Virus record (IMG/VR): IMGVR_UViG_3300047550_003635
Direction: 5' to 3' (one strand)
Length of the DNA: 64,000 nucleotides
Origin: a virus
Shown: piece after piece, positions 38,806 to 49,500 of the stretch
How the letters are laid out: each line of letters begins with the position of its first letter
Numbering within the stretch: the first letter of the stretch is position 1
The notes under the pieces: model-generated
The model's input: only the letters and a program-made list of their open reading frames with translations
What the model was told of the DNA's origin: nothing
Databases searched by the model: none
Program-made: the position numbers and the translations under genes

Positions 38806-39882
38806 ATGAAAATTTGTATATTAGGCGACACGCACTTTGGAATGCGTGGTGATTCTCTTGAATTTCACCAGTATTGTTCCAAATTTTACACGAACGTATT
38901 TTTTCCGTATATATTGGAAAACAATATTGATACTGTTTTTCAATTGGGAGATTTGTTTGACCGCAGAAAATTCATAAATTTCCAGTCACTTTATTTGTGC
39001 CGTGAATATTTTTTTGATAAGTTGCGCGATAACAATATTAAATTCCATACGCTATTAGGCAATCATGATATTGCTTTTAAGAATACGTTGAAAGTAAATT
39101 CAACCAGTTTATTGTTGCAGGATTATAAGAACATTATCATTCATAATTCATTTGGCACTTTAGAATTTGATGATGTTCCTATTGATATTATTCCTTGGAT
39201 TTGTTCTGAAAACGAAGAATCAATTCTTGCTTCTATAAATCAATATAGTTCACCTGCACAGATTTGTTTTGGTCATTTTGAACTTGATGGATTTGAAATG
39301 GACCGTGGAAATATTTGTGTCGGTGGTATGAGTAAAAATATTCTAAAAAGATATGATGTAGTTCTGTCAGGTCATTTTCATCATAAATCAACGAATGATA
39401 ATATTCATTATGTTGGAACACCCAATGAAATGACATGGGCTGATTATAATGACCCTCGCGGATTTCATATCTTTGATACTGCAACAAGAGAATTAGAATT
39501 CATAGAAAATCCATATAGAATGTTTCATAAACTGTTTTATGATGATGGAAAAACAGATTTTGAATATTGGAAAAAGTTTAATTATGGGCAATTCAAAGAT
39601 ACTTATTTGAAAGTTATTGTAGTATCAAAACAAAATCCCTATTTGTTTGATAACATGCTGGATAATTTATATAAAGCCGGTGTAACAGATATCTCTATTG
39701 TTGAAGATTATTCTGATATTAATGTTGATATTGATGATGATATGGTAAATCAGGCTGAAGATACTATAACTGTTCTTTCAAACTATATCGATAATCTTCC
39801 CCTAGATGTAAATGGTGAAAAATTAAAATCATTAATGCGCGAACTATATGTTGAAGCGTCAAATATGGAAAGAGTTGAATGA
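38806..39882 (+). CDS. gp47: Recombination endonuclease subunit gp47 (Mre11-like)
   Basis: DTHFG, GDLFD, GNHD, GHFE, SGHFH. Confidence 0.96.
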   Translation: MKICILGDTHFGMRGDSLEFHQYCSKFYTNVFFPYILENNIDTVFQLGDLFDRRKFINFQSLYLCREYFFDKLRDNNIKFHTLLGNHDIAFKNTLKVNSTSLLLQDYKNIIIHNSFGTLEFDDVPIDIIPWICSENEESILASINQYSSPAQICFGHFELDGFEMDRGNICVGGMSKNILKRYDVVLSGHFHHKSTNDNIHYVGTPNEMTWADYNDPRGFHIFDTATRELEFIENPYRMFHKLFYDDGKTDFEYWKKFNYGQFKDTYLKVIVVSKQNPYLFDNMLDNLYKAGVTDISIVEDYSDINVDIDDDMVNQAEDTITVLSNYIDNLPLDVNGEKLKSLMRELYVEASNMERVE

Positions 39883-41591
39883 TTGTTTTTAGGACTATAC
39901 GCTGGAAAAATCTATTAAGCACTGGTAATACATTTACAGAGATTAAATTAGATTCTGCTGCAAATACACTTGTTGTTGGTAAAAATGGTTCAGGTAAAAG
40001 CACGATGCTTGATGCATTATGTTTTGGATTATTTGGCAAAGCATTTAGAAATGTGAATAAACCAAATCTACTGAATTCAATAAACGATAAAGATTGCCTT
40101 GTTGAAATTGAATTTGACAGCGAAGGTAAATCATATAAGGTTGTTCGTGGTATAAAACCTAATCTGTTTGAAATTTACTGTAATAAAAAACTATTGAATC
40201 AGGAAGCATCATCAAGAGATTATCAAGATTATTTTGAAAGATTCATTCTAAAGCTAAACTATAAATCTTTCACACAGATTGTTATTCTTGGTTCTGCTTC
40301 ATTTACTCCTTTTATGCAATTATCTGCTGCCGATAGGAGAGCAATTATTGAAGATTTGTTGGATATACAAATATTTTCAGTAATGAATAATCTTGTTAAA
40401 GACAGACTTTCAAACAATAAAGATTCTATCAGTTCAAAGAAATATGAAATAGAACTTGCACAACAGAAATATGATATTCATGAAAATCATATAAAAGAAA
40501 AGCAGCAAAATGTTGATGAAAGGATAAAACAGTATGATAGTGAGATATCAATCAGCCTCAATCTTATACAAGAAACACATGCCAAAAATTCCGACATCAC
40601 TGAAAAAACAAACGAAAAATTACAATCCATCAGTGATAAGGATGCAATATCGTCTAAACTCAAGAAGATTACAAAACTTGAATCGCAAATTGAAAGCAAC
40701 TTATCCAAATATAGAAAAGATATCAGTTTTTTTCAACATAATGACAATTGTCCAACCTGTAAGCAAGAAATTGCCTTGGGGTTTAAAGAACAAGAATTGC
40801 ATTCCTTATCAGAAAAGGTGGGAGAGTGTGAAAAAGGATTAAAAGAACTTGGTGAAAAAGTTTTAGATGAACAGAATAAACTGAATAATATTTCTGAAAT
40901 TCAAAAAGAAATACAAAAATTACAGATAGAATTAGCTACAAATCAAACATTGATTTCAGAAAATGAAAAATATATTGCCAAAGTTAAAAAGCAAATCGAT
41001 GAATTAAAAAATACCAACATTGCTTCCGAAAAAGATAAACAAGAATTAGTAAAAATGAAAGAGATTTTGACTAATCTTGAAAATGAATCCAAGAAATTGA
41101 TAGAAGAAAAGCAATATTATGAAGTAGCAACAACTTTACTGAAAGATACTGGCATTAAAACCAAAATCATCAAACAGTATCTTCCAATTATCAATAAACT
41201 TGTCAACAAATACTTGACTTCGCTCGATTTCTTTGTTAATATAAACTTAGATGAATCGTTTAAAGAGTCTATTAAATCACGACACAGGGATGAATTCTCT
41301 TATAACAATTTTTCTGAAGGTGAAAAACAGAGAATTGACATGGCTCTGATGTTGACATGGAGAGCAGTCGCAAAGTTAAAGAATTCTGCCAATACAAATT
41401 TGTTGATATTGGATGAAATATTTGATGCATCATTAGACGCAACAGGAACAGAAGAATTGATGAAGATTCTTCAATTGCTTGAGGGTGTAAATTTGTTTGT
41501 TATATCACATCGCGGTGATATTCTACAAGATAAATTTGCGAATGTAATTAAATTTGAAAAAATTAGAAACTTTTCAAGGATAGTAAAATGA
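39879..41591 (+). CDS. gp46: Recombination ATPase subunit gp46 (Rad50-like)
   Basis: GKNGSGKS, CPTC zinc hook, FSEGEK, LDEIFD, ISH. Confidence 0.97.
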   Translation: MIVFRTIRWKNLLSTGNTFTEIKLDSAANTLVVGKNGSGKSTMLDALCFGLFGKAFRNVNKPNLLNSINDKDCLVEIEFDSEGKSYKVVRGIKPNLFEIYCNKKLLNQEASSRDYQDYFERFILKLNYKSFTQIVILGSASFTPFMQLSAADRRAIIEDLLDIQIFSVMNNLVKDRLSNNKDSISSKKYEIELAQQKYDIHENHIKEKQQNVDERIKQYDSEISISLNLIQETHAKNSDITEKTNEKLQSISDKDAISSKLKKITKLESQIESNLSKYRKDISFFQHNDNCPTCKQEIALGFKEQELHSLSEKVGECEKGLKELGEKVLDEQNKLNNISEIQKEIQKLQIELATNQTLISENEKYIAKVKKQIDELKNTNIASEKDKQELVKMKEILTNLENESKKLIEEKQYYEVATTLLKDTGIKTKIIKQYLPIINKLVNKYLTSLDFFVNINLDESFKESIKSRHRDEFSYNNFSEGEKQRIDMALMLTWRAVAKLKNSANTNLLILDEIFDASLDATGTEELMKILQLLEGVNLFVISHRGDILQDKFANVIKFEKIRNFSRIVK

Positions 41592-42181
41592 GTGAAATTT
41601 TAACAATTAATACAGAAGCGGGTATTAAAACAGAAGAACAATATAAACCATTGCCATTGTATGATGAAACATTACCTATGTTGGAATCTGAAATTCCAAT
41701 GTATAATCTTCGTTTGCCAAATCCACAGATGACCAAACTCGTCAGTGAAATGAAAATGACGATGAAACAATTTGGTGGGATTGGTCTTTCAGCAAATCAA
41801 TGTGGTGTATATGAACGTGTTTTTGTTATTGGGACAGACCAGTTTCAGATTGCATGTATTAATCCAAAGATTATTGAATCATCTGATAACAAAATCAAAG
41901 CAGAAGAAGGTTGTCTTTCATATCCAGGTTTGTATTTAAAGATTGAACGCCCTGAATGGATTGTTGCAGAATTTACAGATGAAAATGGTGAAACGAAACA
42001 GATGCGATTTGATGGTGTTACTGCAAGATGTTATCAGCACGAATTGGACCATATGAATGGTAAAAAGTTTGTTGATTATGCAGGACCAGTAGCACTCCAT
42101 ATGGCAAGAAAGAAACAAAAGAAAATAGTCAAGAAAGTTTCGAGAAATAGTAAGAAAAATCTAGGAGCAATTTATGGCTGA
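41588..42181 (+). CDS. def: Peptide deformylase
   Basis: GIGLSANQ, EGCLS, QHELDH. Confidence 0.95.
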   Translation: MSEILTINTEAGIKTEEQYKPLPLYDETLPMLESEIPMYNLRLPNPQMTKLVSEMKMTMKQFGGIGLSANQCGVYERVFVIGTDQFQIACINPKIIESSDNKIKAEEGCLSYPGLYLKIERPEWIVAEFTDENGETKQMRFDGVTARCYQHELDHMNGKKFVDYAGPVALHMARKKQKKIVKKVSRNSKKNLGAIYG

Positions 42182-42473
42182 AAAAAATAAAGAAAAAAAT
42201 ATGATTTTTGATTTTATGGATTTAAACGATGAAGAACGTGATTTATTAATTAATGATGATAATGATTGGGAAAATCATTGGATTTCAATGCCTGAATTTG
42301 TTCAGGAAGATAATCCACCATTTAAAAAAATATTTGTGAGTTTTAGAAGTGAGAGTGATTATAATGAATTTGCTAAATTAATTGGACAAAATTTATCTGA
42401 AAAAACAAAATCTATTTGGTATCCAGTTTTAGACCGCGAAGCTAATTCATTATTGCGTTGGATTGAAGAATGA
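42174..42473 (+). CDS. Small acidic protein associated with GREB1/TAGT-like glycosyltransferases
   Basis: W..MPEF.QE...F....D...F...IGQ....KTKSIWYP pattern; overlaps both neighbours. Confidence 0.6.
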   Translation: MAEKNKEKNMIFDFMDLNDEERDLLINDDNDWENHWISMPEFVQEDNPPFKKIFVSFRSESDYNEFAKLIGQNLSEKTKSIWYPVLDREANSLLRWIEE

Positions 42474-43522
42474 TAGAACCAAAAATAATAATGCCTTTCT
42501 TATCACACCATCAAAATTATGGATTAATCAGTAATCAAATATTTGGGGGTATTGAACGATTTAAAAAACTTGTTTATGAACATATTCCAAATGTTTTACC
42601 TGTAGAAATAACAAAAGAACAAAGAAAGAAAAGAATTGGTAAAAGCATATTTCATTTTGAATATTGGCAATATCAGCCTGATATTATTTTTGTTAATGAT
42701 GCGTCAAAAGTTTTTAGTTCTGGATTGATTGATTATAATGTTCCTGTTGTATGGGTTTGTCATGAACCTTTAGAGAGAACTATCCAAAATATTGAAATGA
42801 TGAAAAGATTCAATCCATTTATTGATAGAGGTGGACATTTATATTTCGTATCTCAAATTCAGCATGAATTTTTTGACAATATGAGTAAAAGAATACTTGG
42901 ATATCCAATTAAAAATATAATGGGATATGTAAATCCATCATGTTGTTTAGGAACTGAACAGGTATATACAGGCAACAGAGAATATGATGCTGTAACTATA
43001 GGAAGAACAATACGAAGTAAAGACCCTTTTTGGTTGCATAGAAAACTGGAAAATACTAATTTGAAATCCGCAGTAATTACGGGAAAAATAAATTTACTCA
43101 AAAATGATAAAGAACATGAATATTTTAATTTTAATTACAAATGGGTAGAACCGAGATACACTTTTAGAGGATTATCACATGAAGAAACATTATATGAAAT
43201 GTCCAAAGGTGGCGTATTTGTTTCTACATGGGCATCTGAAAGTTGGGGGATTACTGCTTTAGAAGCATTAAGTTATGGTTTACCTCTATTACTAATTACA
43301 TCATCAATGAATAAACATGCTAGTCAATATATAGCAGGAAATGAAAATCATTTTAGGCATATAAAAAAAGGAATAAAATCAGAAAATTTATTGGATATAA
43401 TTAAAGAAATGAATACTATAAGTTTAGATGATAGAATGGAAATCGCTAAAATAACGCAAGAAAATCATAGCTTACAAAATTTTAAGAATATGATGAATTC
43501 AATTTTTAGAAAAGCATTATGA
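42470..43522 (+). CDS. GT-B glycosyltransferase (GT4-like)
   Basis: GGIERF, ESWGITALEALSYGLP (E-x7-E). Confidence 0.8.
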   Translation: MIEPKIIMPFLSHHQNYGLISNQIFGGIERFKKLVYEHIPNVLPVEITKEQRKKRIGKSIFHFEYWQYQPDIIFVNDASKVFSSGLIDYNVPVVWVCHEPLERTIQNIEMMKRFNPFIDRGGHLYFVSQIQHEFFDNMSKRILGYPIKNIMGYVNPSCCLGTEQVYTGNREYDAVTIGRTIRSKDPFWLHRKLENTNLKSAVITGKINLLKNDKEHEYFNFNYKWVEPRYTFRGLSHEETLYEMSKGGVFVSTWASESWGITALEALSYGLPLLLITSSMNKHASQYIAGNENHFRHIKKGIKSENLLDIIKEMNTISLDDRMEIAKITQENHSLQNFKNMMNSIFRKAL

Positions 43523-44403
43523 CAAATCCAATATATCCAATTTATATTCCTTCTAAAGGTCGTTATGAATCAATGATTACTTCAAAATCGTTGACTCGTA
43601 TGAAAGTTCCACATAATATTGTTGTAGAACCACAAGAGTTTGATGATTATAAAAAAGCCGTCAAAATTTTTAATTTGGAAAATTATGCAACAGTTTTAGA
43701 ATTACCTTTTAGTAATTTGGGTTTAGGTTCATATCCAGCCAGAAATTGGGCATGGGACCATTCTAAATCAATAGGTGCAAAAAAACATTGGTGCATAGAT
43801 GACAACATTTCAGATTTTTATAGGTTAAATAAAAATTTTAGAATTCGCGTAGAATCTGGTATTATTTTTAAAATAGCTGAAGATTTTGTTGATAGATATG
43901 ATAATGTTCCTGTATCTGGATTCAACTATAGATTTTTTATTGCACCAAATACAAAATATCCCCCATATTATTTAAATACGAAAGTTTACTCAACCATTTT
44001 AATTCAGAATGATTGTCCATATCGTTGGAGATTAAAATATAATGAAGATGTTGATTTGTGTTTACAAGTTTTAAAAGCTGGGTATTGCACAATTCAATTT
44101 AATGCGTTTCTTGCTGGTAAATGCGCGACACAGACAGTTGATGGTGGAAATACTGGAGAATTATATGGTAAAAAAGGAAATGTAAAAGACCCTAAAGGAA
44201 CACTACAAAAATCACAAATGTTAGTTGATTATCATCCTGATGTCGCTAAAGTCGTTTGGAAATACAATAGAGTTCATCATTATGTTGATTATCGTCCGTT
44301 TAAAAAAAATAAATTAAAATATAAAGATGATTTTATAAAACCTAAAAATATTATTAATAATTATGGAATGAAATTAATAACAAATTTTAAAAATACTATT
44401 TAA
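43519..44403 (+). CDS. GREB1/TET-associated (TAGT)-like GT-A glycosyltransferase
   Basis: [49 protein letters not shown]. Confidence 0.75.
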   Translation: MTNPIYPIYIPSKGRYESMITSKSLTRMKVPHNIVVEPQEFDDYKKAVKIFNLENYATVLELPFSNLGLGSYPARNWAWDHSKSIGAKKHWCIDDNISDFYRLNKNFRIRVESGIIFKIAEDFVDRYDNVPVSGFNYRFFIAPNTKYPPYYLNTKVYSTILIQNDCPYRWRLKYNEDVDLCLQVLKAGYCTIQFNAFLAGKCATQTVDGGNTGELYGKKGNVKDPKGTLQKSQMLVDYHPDVAKVVWKYNRVHHYVDYRPFKKNKLKYKDDFIKPKNIINNYGMKLITNFKNTI

Positions 44404-44424
44404 TTTATAGAGGAATATTTTATT

Positions 44425-45363
44425 ATGAAAAAAATATTAGTAACTGGTGGTTCGGGATTTTTAGGCAGCCATTTGTGTGAACGTTTATTAACAGAAGGAC
44501 ATCATATTTTATGTGTGGACAATTATTTTACAGGTTCAAGGACAAATATAAGTCATTTGTTAAATTATAAAAATTTTGAAATTATGAGACATGACATTTG
44601 TTTTCCTTTATATGTCGAAGTTGATGAAATTTATAATTTGGCATGTCCCGCAAGTCCAATCCACTATCAGTTGGATCCAATTCAAACTATGAAAACTAGT
44701 ATTTTAGGTGCATATAATTTATTAGGACTCGCTAAACGCACAAAAGCAAAAATTTTACAAACAAGCACTTCAGAAATTTATGGCAATCCTATAGAACATC
44801 CTCAATCAGAAGAATATTGGGGTAATGTTAACCCTATAGGAATTCGTAGTTGTTATGATGAGGGAAAACGTGCTGCCGAAACATTATTTATGGATTATAA
44901 TCGTATGCACAAAGTTGATATAAGAATAGCGAGGATTTTTAATACATACGGTCCAAAGATGTCAAAAAATGATGGTCGCGTTATTAGTAATTTTATTATA
45001 CAAGCATTAAATAATGAAAATATTACATTATATGGAAACGGTAATCAAACAAGGTCTTTTTGTTATGTTGATGATATGATTACAGCACTTATAACTCTTA
45101 TGAATACTAATATGCAATATGTTGGTCCTATTAATTTAGGTAATCCAGAAGAATTTACAATTTTAGAATTAGCTGAAAAAATCATCAAAATGACTAATTC
45201 CAAAAGTCAAATACAACAAAAAGAATTACCTAAAGATGACCCACAACAACGAAAACCTAATATAGAAAAAGCCAATAAAATTTTAAACTGGAATCCAAAA
45301 ATTGGATTAAACGAAGGTCTATTTAAAACAATAGAATATTTTAATAAAATCAACAACTTATAG
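44425..45363 (+). CDS. UDP-glucuronate decarboxylase (UDP-xylose synthase)
   Basis: [68 protein letters not shown]. Confidence 0.92.
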   Translation: MKKILVTGGSGFLGSHLCERLLTEGHHILCVDNYFTGSRTNISHLLNYKNFEIMRHDICFPLYVEVDEIYNLACPASPIHYQLDPIQTMKTSILGAYNLLGLAKRTKAKILQTSTSEIYGNPIEHPQSEEYWGNVNPIGIRSCYDEGKRAAETLFMDYNRMHKVDIRIARIFNTYGPKMSKNDGRVISNFIIQALNNENITLYGNGNQTRSFCYVDDMITALITLMNTNMQYVGPINLGNPEEFTILELAEKIIKMTNSKSQIQQKELPKDDPQQRKPNIEKANKILNWNPKIGLNEGLFKTIEYFNKINNL

Positions 45364-45367
45364 ACGC

Positions 45368-45396
45368 TTGACATTTATTCAACGGTTTGCTATAAT
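45368..45396 (+). promoter_or_regulatory. sigma70 consensus (early) promoter
   Basis: TTGACA-17-TATAAT. Confidence 0.88.
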
Positions 45397-45424
45397 ATAG
45401 TTTCTTTCATAGATAATCTATATT

Positions 45425-47818
45425 ATGTTTACCGTTGAATCCAAATCGCAACTAGCCAAGCTGATGGCTACTGAAAATCTGATTATTCAGCACCAAAAAC
45501 TTCGCACAGCAAAATTTGACCCAGTTAATCGTATTTTGTATTTGCCCATTTGGCAAAACATGACTGGATTTGTTTATGACCTGCTTTGTGGTCATGAAGT
45601 CGGTCATGCACTTTATACTCCGCCACAAGGTTGGCATGATGCTGTTGTTGATAAATCTAAACCTAAATCATATAAACATTTTCTAAATGTTGTTGAGGAT
45701 GCTCGGATTGAAAAGAAAATCCAACGACGTTATCCTGGACTTCGGTCATGTTTTAAACAAGCATATGAAAAATTCTTTGATGAAGATTTTTTCGGTGTTG
45801 CTGGTCGCAATATTAACAATCTTCCTTTTATTGACCGTTTGAATCTTTTTACAAAAAGTCAATATACCAAAAATATTACGTTCAATGATGTTGAATTGGA
45901 TTTTATCAGTGAAGTTAAAAATGCTGAATCATGGGAAAACGTTGTTGATATTACTGATAGAATTTTTCAGTATTCTAAAAATGAACAATATGAATTAGAA
46001 CATCAAAACGATTTTTCTTTTTCGGATAATCAAACTTATGATGAATCTGGTGATGGTGACCCAGATGAATGTGATTTTGATGAAATTGAAGATGAAACTG
46101 AAAATTCAAGTGGCAAATCTAAAAAAGTTTCAAAACAGTCACAAGAAAAATCGGATGATGGTGATGAATCAGAAGAATCTGAAACACAATCTGGTAAATC
46201 CGACAAAGAATCTGATTCCGACAAATCTGAAGAAAAATCGGATGATAAGGAAAATGATAATAAATCAGATGATAAGAAAGAACATGATGATGAAAAATCG
46301 AATAGCATCAATCGTGATAAAGAATCTAATGAATCAGACCGTGACCAATTTGTTCCGAATTGTCAAACTGATGAAACATATCGTCAAAAAGAAAATCTTT
46401 TGCTTGATGTAAAATCAAAAGATTATCATTATATTAATATTCCAAAACCTATTCTTGAAGATATTGTGACCCCGTGGAAACGTGTGCAAGAACAGATGAC
46501 CGAACATTGGAATAAAGTTTTTGATATTAAAAATTATGATACTCAAGCTAAAAGATATTATTATCCAAAAGTTAATCCCACTGAATTGGTAAACAGTTTT
46601 AAACTGAAGAACGAGAAATATATCACACTTTTGGCTAAAGAATTTGAAATGCGAAAAGCTGCAAAATCTTATGCTAAAAATAAAATCTCAACAACGGGTG
46701 ATTTGAACATCAACAAACTCGCACAATACAAGGTTGATGATAATATCTTTCGGAAAATCATGACTGTTCCTAAAGGTAAAAAACATGGTCTAATATTGCT
46801 TCTGGATTATTCTGGTTCAATGAGTGATAAAATGGACGGCTCAATTGAACAGATTCTTGTTCTTGCGATGTTTTGTCGTAAAGTAAATATTCCTTTCCGT
46901 GTGTATGCTTTTGGTGATTCGGTAAAAGTATATTCTTTGGATAGAAATATTGTTAATAATCCGTTAGCAGCAAAAACATCCCGTCCTAATTGCAGTTGTT
47001 TCACTACAAATGCAGATGAATTGGCATTAAAAACTGTTCAATTGCGTGAATATTTGAACAACGAAATGACAAACTCTGAATTTACCAAAAGTGTTCGTAA
47101 TATGATTTTGTTGAAACAATCTTTTGATAGAAATAGCTATGGTGTTAATCAATTAGAAAAACCTAATAGTGAAGAATTGACTAATACCCCATTGATTCAA
47201 GGTATTTTTGCAATGACTGAAGTTATGAAACAATTTAAAAAAGTAAATAATTTGGATTTTACCAGTTTGATTATTGTGCATGATGGTGATGCTGATGCAA
47301 ATCCAAACTATTATGATGGACGTTATCATAATTCACAAACATATTTTAATGAAATCAAAGATAATGTAATTATTACTAATAAAAAGAGTAAATTCCAATA
47401 TCTTTTGAGGTCAGAAAAAACAAACAATAATCCATCATTGTTGACTGCTGCTTTGCGCTATTTCAGACATGAAACTAAATCTAAAATTTTTGGTTTCTTT
47501 ATTCTTGAAAATCGTTCATATGCTATAAAAAATAGTCTGTTTAGACGTTATCTGGATAAAAATGGTAATTCTGTCGATTATGATGCTATTAAAGACAAAA
47601 TAAAAGAACTTCGGTCAGAAAAATATTTGCAATCGAATATCGTCGGCTATGATGATTTCTATATGTTGTCGAATGACATTATTATTGATGATGAAGAATT
47701 GGAAATTGCTGAAACAGCATCACAGAAAACAATCATCAAAGCGTTCATCAAATTTAATAAAAAACGCCAAGTAAATCGTGTTCTCGTCAACAAGTTTATC
47801 CAAGGTATTGCTGCATAA
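45425..47818 (+). CDS. HExxH peptidase-like plus VWA protein ('CobT-like', MoxR partner)
   Basis: HEVGHAL, NVVEDARIE, acidic linker, MIDAS DYSGSM, TPL, HDGD. Confidence 0.85.
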   Translation: MFTVESKSQLAKLMATENLIIQHQKLRTAKFDPVNRILYLPIWQNMTGFVYDLLCGHEVGHALYTPPQGWHDAVVDKSKPKSYKHFLNVVEDARIEKKIQRRYPGLRSCFKQAYEKFFDEDFFGVAGRNINNLPFIDRLNLFTKSQYTKNITFNDVELDFISEVKNAESWENVVDITDRIFQYSKNEQYELEHQNDFSFSDNQTYDESGDGDPDECDFDEIEDETENSSGKSKKVSKQSQEKSDDGDESEESETQSGKSDKESDSDKSEEKSDDKENDNKSDDKKEHDDEKSNSINRDKESNESDRDQFVPNCQTDETYRQKENLLLDVKSKDYHYINIPKPILEDIVTPWKRVQEQMTEHWNKVFDIKNYDTQAKRYYYPKVNPTELVNSFKLKNEKYITLLAKEFEMRKAAKSYAKNKISTTGDLNINKLAQYKVDDNIFRKIMTVPKGKKHGLILLLDYSGSMSDKMDGSIEQILVLAMFCRKVNIPFRVYAFGDSVKVYSLDRNIVNNPLAAKTSRPNCSCFTTNADELALKTVQLREYLNNEMTNSEFTKSVRNMILLKQSFDRNSYGVNQLEKPNSEELTNTPLIQGIFAMTEVMKQFKKVNNLDFTSLIIVHDGDADANPNYYDGRYHNSQTYFNEIKDNVIITNKKSKFQYLLRSEKTNNNPSLLTAALRYFRHETKSKIFGFFILENRSYAIKNSLFRRYLDKNGNSVDYDAIKDKIKELRSEKYLQSNIVGYDDFYMLSNDIIIDDEELEIAETASQKTIIKAFIKFNKKRQVNRVLVNKFIQGIAA

Positions 47819-47832
47819 AGGGTTTTTATCGC

Positions 47833-47861
47833 TTGACATTTGGTGTATTTGGTAGTATAAT
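47833..47861 (+). promoter_or_regulatory. sigma70 consensus (early) promoter
   Basis: TTGACA-17-TATAAT. Confidence 0.88.
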
Positions 47862-47894
47862 ATTATTATATTGTGAATAAGGAGTTTTTATATT

Positions 47895-49082
47895 ATGAGT
47901 AGTCGTTCTGAAAAACGTGCTGATTTTTTCAAACATCTTGAATCAATTGGTAAGTCTACCGTTACAAAACAAGAAATTAATGAAATTTGTAAAAAGGTCG
48001 GCATTTCTTGTGCGCCATGGTTCACAAATGACCCAACGAATCGCGTATCACATGGAATTTATTGGGTGCCGTCAAATAAATCCGCTGAAACAATCAACAT
48101 GGAAGCACAGGTTATTCCTATTGAGAATAAAAAATTGACAGACAAAAAAATCAAAAATGTATCGACCGATTTGGAAGATGCAGACCTTGTTCCTAAAACA
48201 TATAAGAATTATGTGCCTTTTGGTAATTTTGATGATATTCTGTCAATCATCAAATCAAATCGGTTCTTTCCGACTTTTATTACGGGTCATTCTGGTAATG
48301 GTAAAACGATGTCAATTGAACAGGCTTGTGCAAAAGCAAAGCGCAAGTTTGTCTGTATTTCAATGACACCCGAAACTGATGAATCTGATTTGCTTGGTAA
48401 TTACGTTCTAATTGATGGTAATATGGAATGGCGTGATGGTCCTGTTACTATTGCTGCTCGTCAGGGTGCTGTTTTGTGTATTGACGAAATCGATTATGGT
48501 GCACAAAATCTTTCATGTCTCCAACGTGTCCTTGAAGGTAAACCGTTCATGCTGAAGAAAAAAGCTGAATTGGTTGTTCCCGCTGAAGGTTTTACAATCT
48601 TCGCTACTGCTAATACTAAAGGTAAAGGTAGTGAAGATGGTCGTTATATGTTTACCAACGTTTTGAATGAAGCGTTCCTTGAACGTTTTCGGAATACATA
48701 TGAACAAGATTGGCCGTCTAATACCGTTGAAAAGAAAATCATCAAGAAAGAATTGGAATCTGTTGGTCGTTCTGATGATGAATTTGCAGAAAATCTTGTC
48801 AATTGGGCAGATGCTATTCGTAAAACGTTTGCAGATGGTGGATGCGATGAATTGATTTCTACTCGCCGTCTTGTTCATATTGTCGAAACGCATGGTATTT
48901 TTAATAATAGAATGAAAGCGATTGGTCTATGTTTGAATCGGTTTGATGCTGATACCAAAATGTCGTTTCTTGATTTGTATACCAAGATTGATGTTAAAAC
49001 TAAAATGGACTCAGATTTAAATACAGTGACTACCGCTACTGATTCAAATATGAGTAATGTTTCTAATGAAGTGCCTTTTTAA
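47895..49082 (+). CDS. cobS: MoxR-type AAA+ ATPase ('CobS-like')
   Basis: GHSGNGKT, IDEID, ATANTKG, NEAFLERF, ISTRRL. Confidence 0.9.
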   Translation: MSSRSEKRADFFKHLESIGKSTVTKQEINEICKKVGISCAPWFTNDPTNRVSHGIYWVPSNKSAETINMEAQVIPIENKKLTDKKIKNVSTDLEDADLVPKTYKNYVPFGNFDDILSIIKSNRFFPTFITGHSGNGKTMSIEQACAKAKRKFVCISMTPETDESDLLGNYVLIDGNMEWRDGPVTIAARQGAVLCIDEIDYGAQNLSCLQRVLEGKPFMLKKKAELVVPAEGFTIFATANTKGKGSEDGRYMFTNVLNEAFLERFRNTYEQDWPSNTVEKKIIKKELESVGRSDDEFAENLVNWADAIRKTFADGGCDELISTRRLVHIVETHGIFNNRMKAIGLCLNRFDADTKMSFLDLYTKIDVKTKMDSDLNTVTTATDSNMSNVSNEVPF

Positions 49083-49104
49083 TGCACATTTACCAATAAA
49101 AGTA

Positions 49105-49133
49105 TTGACATGCATATCATAATAAGTCATAAT
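49105..49133 (+). promoter_or_regulatory. sigma70-type promoter
   Basis: TTGACA-17-CATAAT. Confidence 0.75.
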
Positions 49134-49146
49134 GGTATGTGTGTCT

Positions 49147-49182
49147 GAGAGAAGAATCACCTCTCTGAAATAAGAGTGATTC
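49147..49182 (+). promoter_or_regulatory. Putative H-type pseudoknot in 5' leader
   Basis: GAGAG(49147-51)/CTCTC(49161-65) and GAATCAC(49154-60)/GTGATTC(49176-82) are interleaved stems. Confidence 0.6.
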
Positions 49183-49204
49183 AAATTTATGGAGTTTTTA
49201 TATA

Positions 49205-49480
49205 ATGAAGTCAGCTAAACAAAAGATGTTAAATTTTCTTAGCAAAGATGGCAAATACAATACCTTTACCGTAGCACAGGCTCGCGCACGTTGGGGAATC
49301 AGCAATGTTACCGCCCGTGTTAATGAACTACGTGATGAAGGTCATGCAATTTATACCAATCGTAAGACTCTTACCGATGGTCGTAAAATTACATTTTATC
49401 GTTTGGGCACTCCTACCAAGCAAGTTATTGCTGCTGGTATCGCTGCTCTCCGTGAGCAGGGTGTTCGCGCTTTTGCCTAA
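49205..49480 (+). CDS. Small winged-helix nucleic-acid-binding protein
   Basis: FTVAQAR.RWGI.NV.ARV.ELR.EG..IY...YRLG; own promoter and terminator. Confidence 0.75.
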   Translation: MKSAKQKMLNFLSKDGKYNTFTVAQARARWGISNVTARVNELRDEGHAIYTNRKTLTDGRKITFYRLGTPTKQVIAAGIAALREQGVRAFA

Positions 49481-49500
49481 TATTCATTAGGTAAACGCAT

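Noticed and set aside
45425-49082. Cobalamin biosynthesis genes cobT/cobS
   Set aside because: No cobN or other cob genes; domain content fits a generic MoxR/VWA pair.
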